64,000 nt of DNA from Pecten maximus (Eukaryota). Below are positions 62,076-64,000 of this stretch, one piece after another. Position 1 is the stretch's first letter; each line of letters opens with the position of its first letter. The translations under genes were made by a program, and so were the position numbers. The notes below the pieces were generated by a model. That model was not told the DNA's origin and made no database searches. It saw only the letters and a list, made by a program, of their open reading frames with translations. The stretch is from NCBI RefSeq assembly GCF_902652985.1, contig NC_047030.1, positions 22,444,001-22,508,000 on the forward strand. The letters run 5' to 3'.

Positions 62076-64000
62076 GAATGGAGTGTAGTAAGGGGCGATA
62101 ACTCGTTATCGTTCCTTACGGAACGTAATGATAGTATGAGCTAATTCGCGATTTTTGCCGGCTATTGTAGCGATTTGGGAGCGGAAAAAATGGCACATAC
62201 AATTTTGATGGGCTTTTGAACCATTGTAAAACTCGGCTCGATCTAGGTCTGGATGTATCTGTATCCCTGTGGAAATTCGTATTTATGAGATATTTTGGGT
62301 CAAACATGCCAAAATCGTCACTTTGACTAAGAGGTTCTGTTTAAATCGCCCTCAAAATTCAGAAAAAAAATCCAGAGATATATACAATGCACATACAAAG
62401 AGATAAATGTTTCCTGAAGAAAACAGTCTGTTTAGTTTTTCGATATCTTTAGCAGAACGGTTACAAGATTGTTTTGAAAATGGCCTATTTTTTCGACCTT
62501 CTCAGTATTTTTCCATTCGACTGGGGTATTTTCCTGCCTGTTTTGATGACGCAAGACCGGGTGTTTTCCTTTCCGTTTAGCACGGTAGAACAGATGGACC
62601 GGATCGGCATACATAGTTATCAGCATTACATTCATTACGAATCAACTGGTTTTATATTTGTTTTGCGCGAGTCATCTTGATGATGTGTTTTAAAGCCTGC
62701 ATTAACATCAACAGGTCCGTTAAAATTGACGTATGAAGTTTATGTTTAATAGAAATTATTAACACACTTGGTTTGGTCGGCTTGACCGCATATATAAAGG
62801 ACAACTATAGATAACGCCATCCTGAACTCATCGGGTATTATCCCTGAAATGATTCTCCGAGGAGTTCCGGATGGAACAACACCGGGGACTTCACGCCGCT
62901 TACTCGTTCAACTCCAAGCAGTATAAGTGAGTTGTATTACATTTTCCCGTCAGGACCAGTACTTTTTAATATTATGTCATATTAAAAGTGACATTGGAGA
63001 TTATAGTTGTTCTACTATGACCATATTTGTTGCTTTCCAGGATCAGTATTCATCGTCAACCCAGACCAGCGTTCAATTCTTTTCGATAACAAATCTAAAC
63101 TCGTAGCCTACCGAGTCGTAGGCTTCCAGTACTGGCAGTAGGCCTAGTGTAAATGTTACGTGTTCATTAACGTTTTAGAGACAGGCGACGTTTAAATATG
63201 TAATATTTAATTTTTTTATTGTTTGTTTGTTTAATGAAATTACTGTGTCGTTAGTTGATGCTTTGATGTCTTGATCAGCTGATATTTGTTTATGTTGAGG
63301 AGCAACGACGTTTCGAGAATCATATCTCATACATATTAGCTTACGATGACACGAACTTTCAAGGAACTACTGTACACGTACTTCAGTACACACTAGCAGT
63401 ATATTGAACAATTCTTTTTAAGTAATAGAAGTTTTTTTTTCAAATTTGTAATGCTTTAAATTTTGAAATTTAAGTCTCTGACCTGCCCTTTATTGAGATG
63501 GTTCTTAGGACAGTGTCAAATTATATCATCTTTTGCATTAATAAATATATGAAATAATTTTTCAAATATATTTAAACCCTTCACTTTTATGCACCAAAGA
63601 AAACAATATGCAAGAAAGCTGTTCTGACAAATTTAAGCTAAAATATTGTCAATTATTATGTTGCATTAAGTAAAATGCTTTGGGTGTCATGCATTTTTTT
63701 TTTATCTTTTAAAATTAAATTCATTTCTTAACTTATTACAAAAAAAAGTATAAGATGGAAAATTATTTGACAAAATCAAAGAGCTACCAGGTTTTAGCTA
63801 TCACAATTTTACAAAATAGTTGACTTTGAAATTTCATGAATTAGTCAATTTTCAAATATCTATAAGTTGCTTTATTATCATGCAATTCCCTATCAACATA
63901 TTTCAACTATTTGCCTACATGTACATGTGCCAAAGAAAACCATGTGCGAGAAACCTGTTCTGACAAAATTTAACTAAAATTATGTCAATTGTTATATCAC
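62073..64000 (+). mobile_element. Helentron-type element, same family, runs off the window end
   Basis: gaatggagtgtagtaaggggcgataactcgttatcgttccttacgg terminus; related tandem units at ~63559 and ~63849. Confidence 0.85.

Overview
AT-rich eukaryotic (animal) genomic DNA with two assembly gaps. The repeat inventory suggests a bivalve mollusc, but that is inference. The window is a tandem segmental-duplication array. Three intact, intron-less 253-aa ORFs (8893, 30291, 49686; + strand) have an N-terminal ankyrin pair resembling the ANKRD34 family. Around them are at least six decayed fragments of the same gene (one pair tail-to-tail) and a fourth unit cut by a transposon just upstream of where the gene would start. 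A ~175-nt exon-like module ending in a GTAAG donor recurs about 20 times, never intact in the copies I translated. Mobile DNA includes Penelope-like, Tx1/L1-like and CR1/L2-like remnants, a DIRS/Ngaro-type retroelement, TTAA-target (Kolobok-like) TIR elements, Helentron-type non-autonomous elements (one complete, with an empty-site paralogue), a fold-back MITE built from 51-bp hairpin units, and a 423-bp TRIM whose LTRs carry a tRNA-derived Pol III promoter. A decayed BIR (IAP-like) exon is also visible. No prokaryotic systems and no CRISPR. All alignments were made by eye; family assignments come from remembered motifs, not database searches.
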